This document shows, piece after piece, positions 24,064 to 36,135 of a stretch of 40,660 nucleotides of DNA (its first letter is position 1; every line of letters starts with the position of its first letter). Made by a program: the position numbers and the translations under genes. Below the pieces are notes generated by a model. The model was given only the letters and a program-made list of their open reading frames with translations, was not told the DNA's origin and ran no database searches. The stretch is from Octopus bimaculoides (taxonomy: Eukaryota), in assembly GCF_001194135.2 (NCBI RefSeq), contig NC_068992.1, positions 24,576,642-24,617,301 on the forward strand, given 5' to 3'.

Positions 24064-24154
24064 TAGAATATTTTGGCCAGATAATGCCAGCTCCAATGTT
24101 AAGGCATTAAGAGTTCCTCCAGCACTGGAACTAGCCCTACAATGTAATGGTTAA

Positions 24155-24381
24155 CTCTTTAGCATTCAAACCGATCATATCAGGCCAAAATATTCTGCTT
24201 GTTTTTTTTTTTATGTTCAGACTGGCCAGATCTGGCCTCTCACACCAACCCTACAATGTCATTCGAAAACTATACAATTACATCATCAATATCTCTGCTC
24301 AACAATATAATACATGATTAATTCAAAAATATGTGAATAAATAAACATTACATTTGACAGAATTATCTGAATGTTTAAGAG
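24155..24381. mobile_element. TTAA-flanked MITE (piggyBac-like)
   Basis: TTAA|CTCTTTAGCATT ... AATGTTTAAGAG|TTAA; homologous to 28029-28248 and, inverted, to ~23700-24100. Confidence 0.75.
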
Positions 24382-25065
24382 TTAAATGATATGGAAGGGA
24401 AACTAAAAAAAGACCTAATCACTTTGACACAGAAACATACAAAAATCTTGGCTAATAGTAATCCATGCAGCTGCTTTTGCCTTTCATTAAATTGCTAAAC
24501 AATTAGCCAATACCTTGTCATTCTTCATGGTACAATAAGCTTTAAATAATTCTGACATTAAAGCAGTAATATATAATTTTGTGAATGTCATTTCTTTATT
24601 TCACAAATTATTTAGAAACTAAACAACAAAAGCTCTTTGAAAATAATCTCATGATAATTAACTAGTTACATTATTATTTTTTCATATTCTTTTTTTATGA
24701 GTGACATTTCTTCTTTAATTAGCGAATAATCTAAAGAAACAATATTACCAATTTAATCACTTGAAAATGTTTCAAGTACTGATGAATCACTTTCATAATA
24801 TTAGAAACCTCACGTAGCTTGTTTCAGCTGATGAAGCAGTTGTTGATGAAGGATGTTGCAAAAAAATGATTAAAAAAAAAAAGAAATAGAACAGTAACCC
24901 TTTCTTTTCAAAATGTTCAACAAATCTTGACGAATAATAGCAATGAGATAACGAACAGAGCAACCAATATCAAATTACAATCTTGGGATGATAAGTTCTA
25001 ATTTTACAGCAGTCGTTACGTTGTGCCTCTGAGCAACTATTTAACTATTTGTCTTGGTTTACCAG

Positions 25066-25105
25066 GCTGAACGAAAACTAAAAAAAACAGGAGACATCAT
25101 AATAG
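25066..25105 (+). CDS. Candidate 40-nt exon (AERKLKKTGDIII)
   Basis: tttgtcttggtttaccag| acceptor, ag|gtgagt consensus donor, open frame. Confidence 0.5.
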
Positions 25106-25793
25106 GTGAGTGCTTAAAAATAGAATTGGTTACCAACTGTAAAAACAAATGAACTCTCCCTCCCATGCAAGGATGGAAGAATCCATATTTGCCATTTGAA
25201 AACCTTGTCAGACATACTTTTCATCTTACCTTTGTTTCAGTAATGTGGTTGTGGCTGTGCTGGAGCACAGCCATGAACGGTTATTTAGACCGAACAAATT
25301 GACCCTGTTGCTTATTATTAAGTACTCTGGTACTTGTTTGATTAATCTCTTTTCCTAAACTGTCAAGTTACAGGGATATAAACAAGCCAACACTGATTCT
25401 TAAGTGGTGGTGGTCGCGGGGACGTACTAACAGACACACGCACATGCATATCAATATGCATATATAAGTATATTTGACAATGATAAAGCATTGAGAGCAA
25501 GAAGACCACTTCAAGGTTTCGAAGAAATTGTAGAGTATATACATGTCATATGCTCAGAAAATGTATAATTGTAAACAAAGATGATGATAATGATGGTGAG
25601 GATGATAATGTTTATGACGATAATGATGATATGACGATGAAGAGGTGAAGTGTCTACTTTCTATTGTCTTCTTACTTTGAGTCTACAATTTAAGGTTGTT
25701 TTTGAAAAAAAAAAACCATCAATTTGGTTGATGTAGATATACTTATGTGTGTGTGTGTGTGTGCTTGTGTGTGTGTGTACATTTGTATATGTA

Positions 25794-25835
<42 letters not shown>

Positions 25836-25837
25836 CA

Positions 25838-25875
<38 letters not shown>

Positions 25876-25939
25876 CACATATATATACATAGTTGGACGT
25901 TAAACAATGATGATGATGATGATACACACACACACACAC

Positions 25940-25970
<31 letters not shown>

Positions 25971-26359
25971 TTCAATCTACGTGTGTGAGCATGCATGAGT
26001 GTATGTGTGTATATATTTAATTGAATATACATCAAAAGTATTTCAATATATTCTGCATTTTTTTTTTTCGATATTTATAGAATGCCAAGACATTCCTAAT
26101 GGCCCCATGGTGTGAGCTGATCTTCTGTTAAAGATCTACATTCAGAAAGAAATCAATTCTCACAACAATCAATAAAAAATATTTCTTACATTCTACATCT
26201 TTTCTCATTAACGAATAACACCTCAGAAATGAAGACATCTACCTGTTCTTTCATGAATATATATGTGTGTGTGTATATATATGTATGTATGTATGTATGC
26301 ATGCATATATGTATATGTATATATACACATGCACACACACACAGATACACATATATGTT

Positions 26360-26580
26360 CTTTTATCCTTTTATTCTTTTACTGGTTTCAGCCATTTGAC
26401 TGTAGCCATGCTGGAGCACTGCCATGAATGGTATCAGTCGAACAAATTGATCCCAAAACTTATTCTATCGGTCTCTTTTGTTGAACCGTTATGTTTTAGG
26501 GATGCAAACACACCAACACTGGTTGTCAAGCAGTGACAGGGGAAACAAGCCCAGACACAAAAACAGCCACAAATAAAGAT

Positions 26581-26634
<54 letters not shown>

Positions 26635-26802
26635 GTACACATACGACAGGCTTCTTTCAGTTTCCGCCTAACAGATCCACTCACAAGGCTTTGGTTGGCC
26701 TAAGGCTATAGTTGAAGACACTTGCCCTAGGTGCCATGCAGTGGAACTGAACCTGGAACCATATGGTTGGGAAACAAGCTTCTTACCACACATCCATGCC
26801 TG

Positions 26803-26803
<1 letters not shown>
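26360..26803 (-). mobile_element. Family A SINE
   Basis: Reverse complement of the 13058-type element, head to tail. Confidence 0.85.
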
Positions 26804-26837
<34 letters not shown>

Positions 26838-27297
26838 ATCTTTTATATTTTATCTGTTAGTTATTTCAGCCATTTGGCTGTGGCCATGCTGGGGCACCAC
26901 CTTAAAGAATGAGTAGTCGAAGGCATTGACCGCAGTACTTATTGTTTTTGCCTTGTTTTGTTGTTTTTTTTCTTTTCAAACCTATTATTCATTCAATCGT
27001 CTACTTTTGCTGAAAGTTAGGGGGATGTAATCACACCAACACCGTTTGTCAAGCGATGGTGGCGGTGGAGGGGAACAAAGACAAAGACAAAGACACACAC
27101 ACACACACACACACACACAAATATATGGCATTAAGAAGGGCATCCAGCCATAAAAACCATGCCAAATCAGACTGGTGTCTGGTGCAGCCCCTTGGCTTAT
27201 CAGCCCTAGTTATACAGTCCATCATCGACAATGGACGTTAAATAGTGATGATGATGGTGTATATCTATCTATCTATCTATTTGATTAATAAATTCAG

Positions 27298-27953
27298 TCA
27301 GTCGATACATAGTTGAGTTATTTAAAAGAAAGTTAGTCTTCTTCTGCTGGTTGTTTTCCTCGCATTCGGTACTAAATGTGTTTATTTTGGGAAGTCCAGT
27401 GTGTGGCATTATTCTGTAGCAATGCCCCTTATATAAATATAAATGAATAAATGAATAATTATATTCTTGGGAATAGAAATTTCCCTTATGAATATTTTTA
27501 CACACTGGCTTCCTGATAAAATTCTTGTAAAAGATTTGTATCCCTTTTTGAATTTATTTATCAAATATATACACGGAATATATTCAATGTTGAATTTTTA
27601 TTCCTGTCTCCACATGGGTACCCAAAACAACCCGGAAGTATTCCCGCTTCTTTGATGAAGATATATACAGATAAACTTCATTCCCTTTGCTTTGTCGGAT
27701 ATGTAGAGTGTTTGTTTTTGGTAAGATGAGAATCCTGTTTATTTGTATATGTTTTTCCTAAACAATACTATGCTGATGAGCGGAGTCTAGATTCATTCTA
27801 GTAATTGCGAAATCGGTCGATACATAGTTGAGTTATTTAAAAGAAAGTTGGTCTTCGTTTGTTGGTTGTTTTCCTCATTCAGTACTAAATGTGTTTATTT
27901 TCGGAAGTCCAGTGTGTGGCATTATTCTGTAGTAATGTCCCTTATATAAATAT
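27298..27953 (+). repeat. Partial tandem: ~142-bp direct repeats ~515 bp apart, with a hammerhead at the second junction
   Basis: 27298-27440 closely matches 27813-27953; the unit is bounded by (CTAT)n tracts. Confidence 0.85.
27767..27828 (+). ncRNA. Type-I hammerhead ribozyme, intact core
   Basis: ACUAUG-CUGAUGA-GCGG..CUAGA-UUCAU-UCUAG..UUGC-GAA-AUCG-GU-CGAU-A-CAUAGU. Helix I is 6 bp, helix III is AUCG/CGAU and the cleavage triplet is AUA (after 27822). Confidence 0.75.
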
Positions 27954-28028
27954 CTATCTATCTATATATATATATGTATGTATATATCCGTCAAATGTAA
28001 ATAATGTACATAATTCCTCATCTCTTAA

Positions 28029-28248
28029 CCCTTTAGCATTTAAACCGCCATATCTGGCCAAAAGCATTCTGCTTGTTTTATGTTCAAACTGGCCAAATCT
28101 GGTCTCTCACACCAAACCTACAATATCGTTTTAAAAATTAACAGCTACCTCATCAAAATCTCACAGCTATAAGATAATGTATGATTAGTTCAAAACAATG
28201 TGGATGAAAAAGCATTAATTTTGGCAGAATAATGCAAACACTAAAGGG
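28029..28248. mobile_element. TTAA-flanked MITE (piggyBac-like) inserted in a family D tail remnant
   Basis: Perfect TIRs CCCTTTAG/CTAAAGGG and duplicated TTAA. The empty site CATCTCTTAAATATAGAAC is seen in the family D tail at ~9745-9765 (-). Confidence 0.9.
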
Positions 28249-29694
28249 TTAAATATAGAACGGAATTTATGGTGTGTCCATAGTTCCATTGACGCAATTA
28301 GTCAATTGATTGATTGAAACAAAAAACAAATTGAACAGATCTTAACAAATACTATCAGCAATGGGCTTCTTTTCAGTTTCTCAACCAAATCCACTCACAA
28401 AACTTCAGTCAGCCCAAGGGTGTCACACAGTGTGACTGAACCATAAACCACAGAGATGGAAAACAAACTTCTCAACCACATAACCACAGCAACAAAATCA
28501 AAAATCACAAGTGTGACTGAATATCCAGGAGAGAAGTGTGCATGTGAGCATATAACCTGAATAATATTAGTACCAAAGTACCCAAGTACCAAGGTTTCCG
28601 AATCACTGTGGTTTATTTTATTTTATTTTATTTTATTCATTTAATTTTACAATTTTGTTATTTGCATTTTTTTCTTCTTTCAAGCTGATTCCTAAGCTTT
28701 GCAGACTCTCTTTTCATATGTCAATGAAGCATGGCTGAAAAGTGCATACTTCAATGAAATGCTTGTTGGCAGCAGACAGCAGCTAAAATTAGTACAAATT
28801 GTAATAAACTCTGGCACGAATGAGCAATATTTGCAATGAGTCTCAATCTATGTTTTTTTGTTGTTGTTTTTTTCATTTTTGTTTTTTCTGTTTTTTAGTT
28901 TTATTATTTTGTTAATTTGGGTTTATTTGTTATTGTTGTTGTTTTTTTATGCTTTAGGCACTGCTTTTCCTACAAGTGGTGAAGAAAAAATCAAAGAGGA
29001 GAGGAATAGAAGAAGGAAAATTTTTTTCCCTAAATTGCAGAATGAAATGAAAGAAGAGAAAGAAAAGATTAAAAGAAAGAAAGAAAAAGAAGGAAAGAAA
29101 GAATGACAGAATGAAAGGAAAGAAGGAAGGAATGGAAAGAAAGAAATAAGGAAAGAAAGAAAAGAAATGTGGCTAACAGAAAGAAAGAAGCGAAAGAAGG
29201 TAGAAGGAAAAAGGAAGGAGAAAAGAAAGAAAGACAAAAATAAAGAAAGAAGAAGTAAAGAAATGAACGAAAAAAAGATAGAAAGACAGAAATGAAGAAA
29301 GAAGAAGTAAAGAAATGAACAAAAAGAAAGAAAGAAAGCCACTTCTGATGTAAAATTTTGAATTTTTGATGCTATCTTCAGATTTGTTTCATTTGTAAAC
29401 TCTTAACACAATATCTTTTCTATCTGATGTGAATGCCATATAAGGATTGTCTGAAGTAATTGTTGTCAGAGCCAGTATTGCTTTGTAGACCCTCCCCCCG
29501 CACCAATTTCTCCTTTACATATTTTTTTGTGTTAACAAAGCTGAGAGTGATATTATCTGCATCAGATATGGTGCACGTTGCAAGCTGAGAAATACAATAT
29601 GCTGATAACCGACATGCACGCACGCACACACACACACACACATGCATGCATTTAAATCCACATGTACACACGGTCATATATTCATGCACGCACA

Positions 29695-30175
29695 CATGCA
29701 CACGAATATATGCACAGACGTTCATGTATGGATACACACACATATGAAGACATGCACATGAATATATGCACACATGTGCATGTATGGATGCACACACATA
29801 TGAAGACATGCACACGAATATATGCACACATGTGCATTATGGATGCACACACATATGAAGACATGCGCATGAATATATGCACGCACGTGCATGTATGGAT
29901 GCACACACATATGGAGACATGCACATGACTATATGCACACATGTGCATGTATGGATGCACATACATATGAAGACATGCACATGACTATATGCACACATGT
30001 GCACGTATGGATACATGCACATATGAAGACATGCACATGAATATATGCACATGTGTGCATGCACACACATATGAAGACATGCACATGAATATATGCACAC
30101 ATGTGCATGTATGGATGCACACACATATGAAGACATGCACACGAATATATGCACACATGTGCATTATGGATGCAC
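29695..30175. repeat. 55-56-bp minisatellite running into an N-gap
   Basis: Unit ATGCACACACATATGAAGACATGCACATGAATATATGCACACATGTGCATGTATGG; TGAAGAC recurs at 29745, 29801, 29856 and onward. Confidence 0.9.
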
Positions 30176-31167
30176 NNNNNNNNNNNNNNNNNNNNNNNNN
30201 NNNNNNNNNNNNNNNNNNNNNNNNNNNNNNNNNNNNNNNNNNNNNNNNNNNNNNNNNNNNNNNNNNNNNNNNNNNNNNNNNNNNNNNNNNNNNNNNNNNN
30301 NNNNNNNNNNNNNNNNNNNNNNNNNNNNNNNNNNNNNNNNNNNNNNNNNNNNNNNNNNNNNNNNNNNNNNNNNNNNNNNNNNNNNNNNNNNNNNNNNNNN
30401 NNNNNNNNNNNNNNNNNNNNNNNNNNNNNNNNNNNNNNNNNNNNNNNNNNNNNNNNNNNNNNNNNNNNNNNNNNNNNNNNNNNNNNNNNNNNNNNNNNNN
30501 NNNNNNNNNNNNNNNNNNNNNNNNNNNNNNNNNNNNNNNNNNNNNNNNNNNNNNNNNNNNNNNNNNNNNNNNNNNNNNNNNNNNNNNNNNNNNNNNNNNN
30601 NNNNNNNNNNNNNNNNNNNNNNNNNNNNNNNNNNNNNNNNNNNNNNNNNNNNNNNNNNNNNNNNNNNNNNNNNNNNNNNNNNNNNNNNNNNNNNNNNNNN
30701 NNNNNNNNNNNNNNNNNNNNNNNNNNNNNNNNNNNNNATACATGTATGTAAGCTTACATTATACACACATTCATGTATGCATGCATGCAATGCATACATA
30801 CTCTACACAGGAATGCACACATATATATGCTCATACATAAACGTATGCAAGTATCCAATACACACACACACATGTATACACGTCCATATATGTACACACA
30901 TGCATGTATGTATGCATGCATACACTGGATACATACTGCACACATGCACACACATATATACTCACACATACACACACATACACACACATACATACACATG
31001 CACACACACATACATACATATATACATACACATGCACACACACATACATACATATACACACACATGCACACGCACAAATTTAGCTGATATAATTGCAATT
31101 TTTACGTTATTCTTGTCACCCAATCAGAAAATCACACATTGTTTATGTTGATAGAGAAAATAAAAAG

Positions 31168-31546
31168 AAACAATAGCACTCAGAGAGCGCAAACTTCTAC
31201 CAGGGCAACACCAATGTCCTCTCAACGATGAGCCAGAGATGACCTTTGGAATGAGAAGATCTGAAATAAACTTGACTGCTCTCACAAACGAGAATACTAA
31301 AAATGAACCCGATCACTCTCAAAACTTAAGTAAAAAAAAAAAACAGGAAAAAATAATCCAAAATCCTTGTCTGGTACTGGATCGATCCCAAAATCTAATC
31401 AGTTTATGCCAGTCACGAGGCCAAATATCTCTGAAAGTTTCATTTGAATCAATCCGACGGTTCTTGAGATATCTTGTCCACAAACAAACAATCAAACAAC
31501 ACAACTGAAAACAATACCTCCACCTTTGCCAAGGCAGAAGTAACAA
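31168..31546 (+). mobile_element. Putative Helentron-associated (DINE-1/HINE-like) non-autonomous element
   Basis: Subterminal inverted repeat ACTTCTACCAGGGC (31193-31206) and GCCAAGGCAGAAGT (31528-31541); 3' GC-rich stem ACCTCC..CTTTGCCAAGG..GAAGT; A-rich flanks. The family call is by recalled architecture only. Confidence 0.45.
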
Positions 31547-32077
31547 GTGAGAATCTTATTATTGTATTGCAAAAGGTTAATGCACTTTTTAATACAAAGG
31601 TAGAGATGGTGCTATTGCATAATTATAAAGGACAACAATGCAGCAGAAGAAATACAAGCAGTTTAGAGAATCTGTGATCTTATAAATATCATTTCAGGTT
31701 ATCATTTCCTTTCTATCTTTGACTGGTTTCAGTTACTGAAGTGGTGCCATGCTGGAGCACCGATTTGAAGTATTTAGCTAAAGAAATCAACTCCAGCACT
31801 TTTTTTCCTTATTTTGAAAGATTGGTACTTATTCTGTCAATGCCCGTTGTTCAACTGCTATGCTACCAGGACATAAAGAAACTAACCCCAATTATCAAGA
31901 AGGGAAGCAGAAACAAACACAGACACACACACATACAGACACACATAACAGGCTTCCACACAGTTTCTCCAAATCCATTCACAAGGTATTGGCTGGCCAA
32001 ATTTCTGTTCGAAATATATAGTTTTCAAAGTGACAACTAGTCACTGATCTATAAATTAGAAAATTACTATTTTCAAG

Positions 32078-32267
32078 TCTCACAACATGAGGTATTCAGC
32101 AACAATACTTTGTTCGAAAATATAAAGACACAGATCGTGTCATATAGCCAGCTGGAGACAATTCTCCCAGGGCTAAATTACAGTAACATTCGTCCTAAAC
32201 CAGGACTGCTATATGATGTTGGCAAGCAATCTTTACTACAAAGTACTATTGCTGAATATCTCACATT
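32078..32267 (+). CDS. Likely 190-nt coding exon of an unidentified gene
   Basis: ctattttcaag| acceptor, tt|gtgaga donor, 62 open codons: SQHEVFSNNTLFENIKTQIVSYSQLETILPGLNYSNIRPKPGLLYDVGKQSLLQSTIAEYLT. It could instead be terminal (TGA at 32269). Confidence 0.6.
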
Positions 32268-32510
32268 GTGAGATTTAAAAATAGTAATTTTCTAAATTAA
32301 TTTATATTCAGTCCTTTGCCTCCCATGTTACACGCAGGACATATTTCCCCTCGTGTCCATGCATTTCATATGATACACATTCCCATTTTTTTTTCAACTA
32401 CCAGAATAACTTGGGACTTGTGAAAGGAAAGCTTTATGTTACTCACAATGTATGAAACAAAGAATAACTAAAAGTCTGCAAACAGGTATGAACGCTTTCA
32501 CGCTTTCTTT

Positions 32511-33170
32511 TTTTCTTGCCTTTAACCCTCCAACGCTGAGTATGGGCCACTTATTGAATTCCATTTTTTGCTTCTGTACTTATACTCTGCCATGAATGTT
32601 CCCCTTTCTCTAGTTCCTTTTGTGTTGATCTACACCATGAGTTCTTAGGCCTACCCCTCTTTCTATATCCATCCGGACTCCACTGTAAAGCACTTTCCGC
32701 TGCATTTGGTGTGTCCTTTCTAATTGTGCTACCAATCCACTTCCACTTTTTCTTAAATATTTGCTCCCTAATCGAAACTTGATTTGTTCTTTGCCATAGC
32801 TCCATATTGCTTATGTGTTTGGGCCATCTGATTTTAAGTATACTACGCAAGCATCTGTTGATGAATTATTGTATTTGCTTATTTGACTTAACTGTTGCTC
32901 GCCATGTCTCAGCCCCATACAATAACACCGCTTTTACGTTAGTGTTAAAAATTCTTATTTTGTTCTTTATTGAAATTACACTTGCGCTCCATACTTTTTT
33001 TTAACAGGTGGAAAGCGGTCCTTGCCTTACTTATTCTCGTTTTAATATCTTCGTCGGTGCCACCTGAGAACGTTATCTTACTACCTACATACGTAAACTC
33101 GGCTACATCCTCTAGTTCTCCAGTTTCTAGTTTAATACGTTCATTGTTTTCTTTATTAACGAGCATAATT
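32511..33170 (-). mobile_element. RTE-type LINE 3' fragment with ORF end
   Basis: EFTYVGSKI..DEDIKTRISKARTAF, NVKAVLLYGAETWR, LRSILKIRWP..ISNMELW, WKWIG, RKRGRPKNSW; frameshifted; short 3' end at ~32511-32550. Confidence 0.9.
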
Positions 33171-33187
33171 TTTTTATGAATGCTTAG

Positions 33188-33217
33188 GACAAACTTATAA
33201 AAATTGCTTTTGAACAG
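33188..33217 (+). CDS. Candidate 30-nt exon (DKLIKIAFEQ)
   Basis: atgcttag|...gaacag|gtaaag; phase 0-0, compatible with 36543-36570. Confidence 0.35.
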
Positions 33218-33289
33218 GTAAAGTCTTAATATGCAAATGCCAGAAACTCTTTAAAATAATAATGAATTTCAAATCTTTGCTGAAGGTCA

Positions 33290-33950
33290 ACAATTTTAAG
33301 GGAGAAGGATAAATCAATTACATCGAGCCCAGTGGTCAAAAGGTACCAACGGCTTTGGTAGGATTTAGATTCAGAATATAAAGAACCAGCAGAGATGTCA
33401 CTAAGCATTTTCTCCGATGTATTAACAATTTTGCCAGCTCATTGTCATAATGACCATTTCAAATTTCGGCACAAGGTCTGCAGTTTTAATAGGATGGAAT
33501 TAGTCAATCAAATTAACCCCAATTCTTGACCGGTGCTTTTTTTTAATTGACCTAGAAAGGCTGAAAGGTAAAGTCAACTTCAGTCAGCTTTGAATTCAGA
33601 ACTGAAGGCCAGGAAATAAATGCTGTTTAAACATTTTTCTTCAATGCTCTAATGATTCTTATTTCTTTATTGCCCACAAGGGGACAAACAAGGGCAGACA
33701 AACAGATTAAGTCGATTAGATCAACCCCCGTGCGTAACTGGTACTGTATTTATCGACCCTGAAAGAATGAAAGGCAAAGTCGACCTCGGCGGAATTTGAA
33801 CTCAGAACGCAGTGGCAGACGAAATACCGCTAAGCATTTCGCCCGGTGTGCTAACGTTTCTGCCAGCAGACGAAATACCGTTAAGCATTTCATCCGGCGT
33901 GGTAACGATTCTGCCAGATCGCCAATGCTTTAATGATTCCACCAGCTCGC
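33290..33950 (-). mobile_element. Stack of family B SINEs; youngest copy (33658-33923) inserted into an older copy's head
   Basis: 15-bp duplication AATGCTCTAATGATT (33643-33657) and AATGCTTTAATGATT (33924-33938). Confidence 0.8.
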
Positions 33951-35133
33951 TGCCTCTTCAGAATGTAATGGAAAGAAACAAGATAAATGAAGAACAAAAT
34001 GATTTCATTAAGCCAGAACTGCAAAATGGTGATCATAATTTAGAAAGTTTTGTAGAATGACGAACAGTAAAAGAAAGAGGCTTTGTTATGTACAGATAAC
34101 AATAATATATTACGCCCTATTGTTTTAACTTGGTTGCCAATAAAATCACTCTAATTAGATTTTAAATTTGTTGAAAACGATAAATGGAACCATTTTGTCC
34201 TAATTATAAACATGTCTATATCTGACTGTCTGTGTGTCAATGTAAACATGGATGTACGTGTGTGTTGAGCACAGTTTGTAATTTGGAACAGTGTAAATTG
34301 CATGATACAAGCTGGCTTCATTAAACATCAATATTATGGCACCTGTGTCATTGTTATGTGACTTTTTTTTGTTTAATAAAATATAATACCTTCACTGTTA
34401 ACCATATTATGATATTAATTATATAAATATAAAAATTAAGCAGCATCCTTTTGTATAACACCTGTATGTTCATGTTTATCTATTTGGGTTGTATGTGTCT
34501 ATGCATGTAGGAAAACTGTGTGTGTAAATATATCTACTTCCATACATATATATATATATATATACACACATATGCAAACATATATGAGTGTGCACACATG
34601 CACATGCGTGTGTGTGTGTGTTTGTGTGAAAGGCTTGTCCCCTGCATCCATCTCTAGCTGAGCATTTCTAGTTTTGCAGGCTCATGGGTGCTGGTGCTAA
34701 CATAAAATGCACCCGTACCAGTGCCAGGCAAACACACCCATGCCAGTGCTGCGCTAAAGCACCCACTGCACCCTGTAAATGGCTGGTGTTAGGAAGGGCA
34801 TCCAGCCGTAGAAACCAGGCCAAAACAGCAACTTGTGCCAGCATGGAAAATGGACATTAAATGATGATGATGATGATGATGATGGTGATGATGATGGTGG
34901 CAATGTTATGTATATATTAATGTTTTTTTTTTGGGGGGGGGGCGAATTGTAATAAAAACAGTTTCATATTGATCTGGTAGGTTGCTCTATACTTATGTAG
35001 AGTACAAATTTATTATTCTGAAATAAGAATATTATTGACAGTGACTTCGAAGTTGCATCCAGCTAAAATATCATTACACAATGGTTTAGCTGGTCAAAAT
35101 TATACAAAGATTATACAAAAAACAAAAATGAAG

Positions 35134-35293
35134 AGGAGTGGCTGTGTGTTAAGTAGCTTGCTTACCAACCACATGGTTCCGGGTTCAGTCCCACTGCGTG
35201 GCAGTTTGGGCAAGTGTCTTCTACTATAGCCTCGAGCCGACCAAAGCCTTGTGAGTGGATTTGGTAGACAGAAACTGAAAGAAGCCCGTCGTG

Positions 35294-35344
<51 letters not shown>

Positions 35345-36135
35345 ATATGTTTGTGTGTCTGTGTTTGTCCCCTCAACATCGCTTGACAACCGATGCTGGT
35401 GTGTTTATGTCCCCGTCGCTTAGCGGTTCGGCAAGAGAGACCGATAAAATAAGTACTAGGCTTACAAGCAATAAGTCCTGGGGTCGATTTACTTGACTAA
35501 AGGCGGTGCTCCAGCATGGCCGCAGACTAAACAAATAAAGGAATAAAAGAATAAAAGAGATCAGTGAGGGAACAACAAACAAGGTGTATTAGTTTGACAC
35601 TCAGGAAAAATTTAAAAAGTCTTTGAAGTTTCAAACCTAGGATCTTCTATGGAAAGGAATGAGAGAAAACAGATGGAGGGAAAAAGAACATGTCTGGATT
35701 AATGGTAGCACATGTTATACACATACACACACATGCACATGCGCACACACACACACACACATACATATGGTTCTGGATTAAGTCCCACTTCGTGACACCT
35801 TGGGAAGTGTCCACTACTATAGCCTCGGGTCGCCCAAAGACTTGTGAGTGGATTTGGTAGATGGAAACTGAAAGAAGCCCGTTGTATATGTGTGTATATG
35901 TGCATTTGTATGTGTGCGTGTGTGCGTGCTTTTGTGTGTCTGTGTTTGTCCCACCCCCATCCTTTCTTGACAAGTGATGTTGGTGTGTTTATGTCCCTGT
36001 AACTCAGCGGGTCAGCAAAAGAGACCGATGGAATAAGTACTAGGCTTACAAAGAATGAGTCCTGGGGATCAAATTGTTCGACAAAAGGCGGCGCTCCAGC
36101 ATGGCCACAGTCAAATAACTAAAACAAGTAAAAGA
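35134..36135 (+). mobile_element. Two family A SINE copies (35134-35560 full; ~35760-36135 5'-truncated)
   Basis: Direct similarity to 13058-13520. Confidence 0.85.

Noticed and set aside
21590-24560. Minus-strand exon pair ELFKAYCTMKNDK|TVLYEMDKSQTS*
   Set aside because: Phase-compatible but short with modest splice signals; stronger candidates lie on the + strand.
3167-24834. Other CTGATGA matches (3167-3173, 24828-24834, ~36738)
   Set aside because: None has a closing helix II with GAAA and a complementary helix I.
25066-25105. KTGDIII(G) resemblance to the class C GPCR N-terminal GDII.GGLFP motif
   Set aside because: Too short, and no downstream exon supports it.
27440-27760. Faint GIY-YIG C-terminus-like words in the spacer of the partial tandem (e.g. 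NKNSTLNIFRVY on -)
   Set aside because: Similarly weak matches occur on both strands with stops; a profile search is needed.
29695-30175. CRISPR-like regular repeats
   Set aside because: There are no unique spacers or cas genes; it is a eukaryotic minisatellite.
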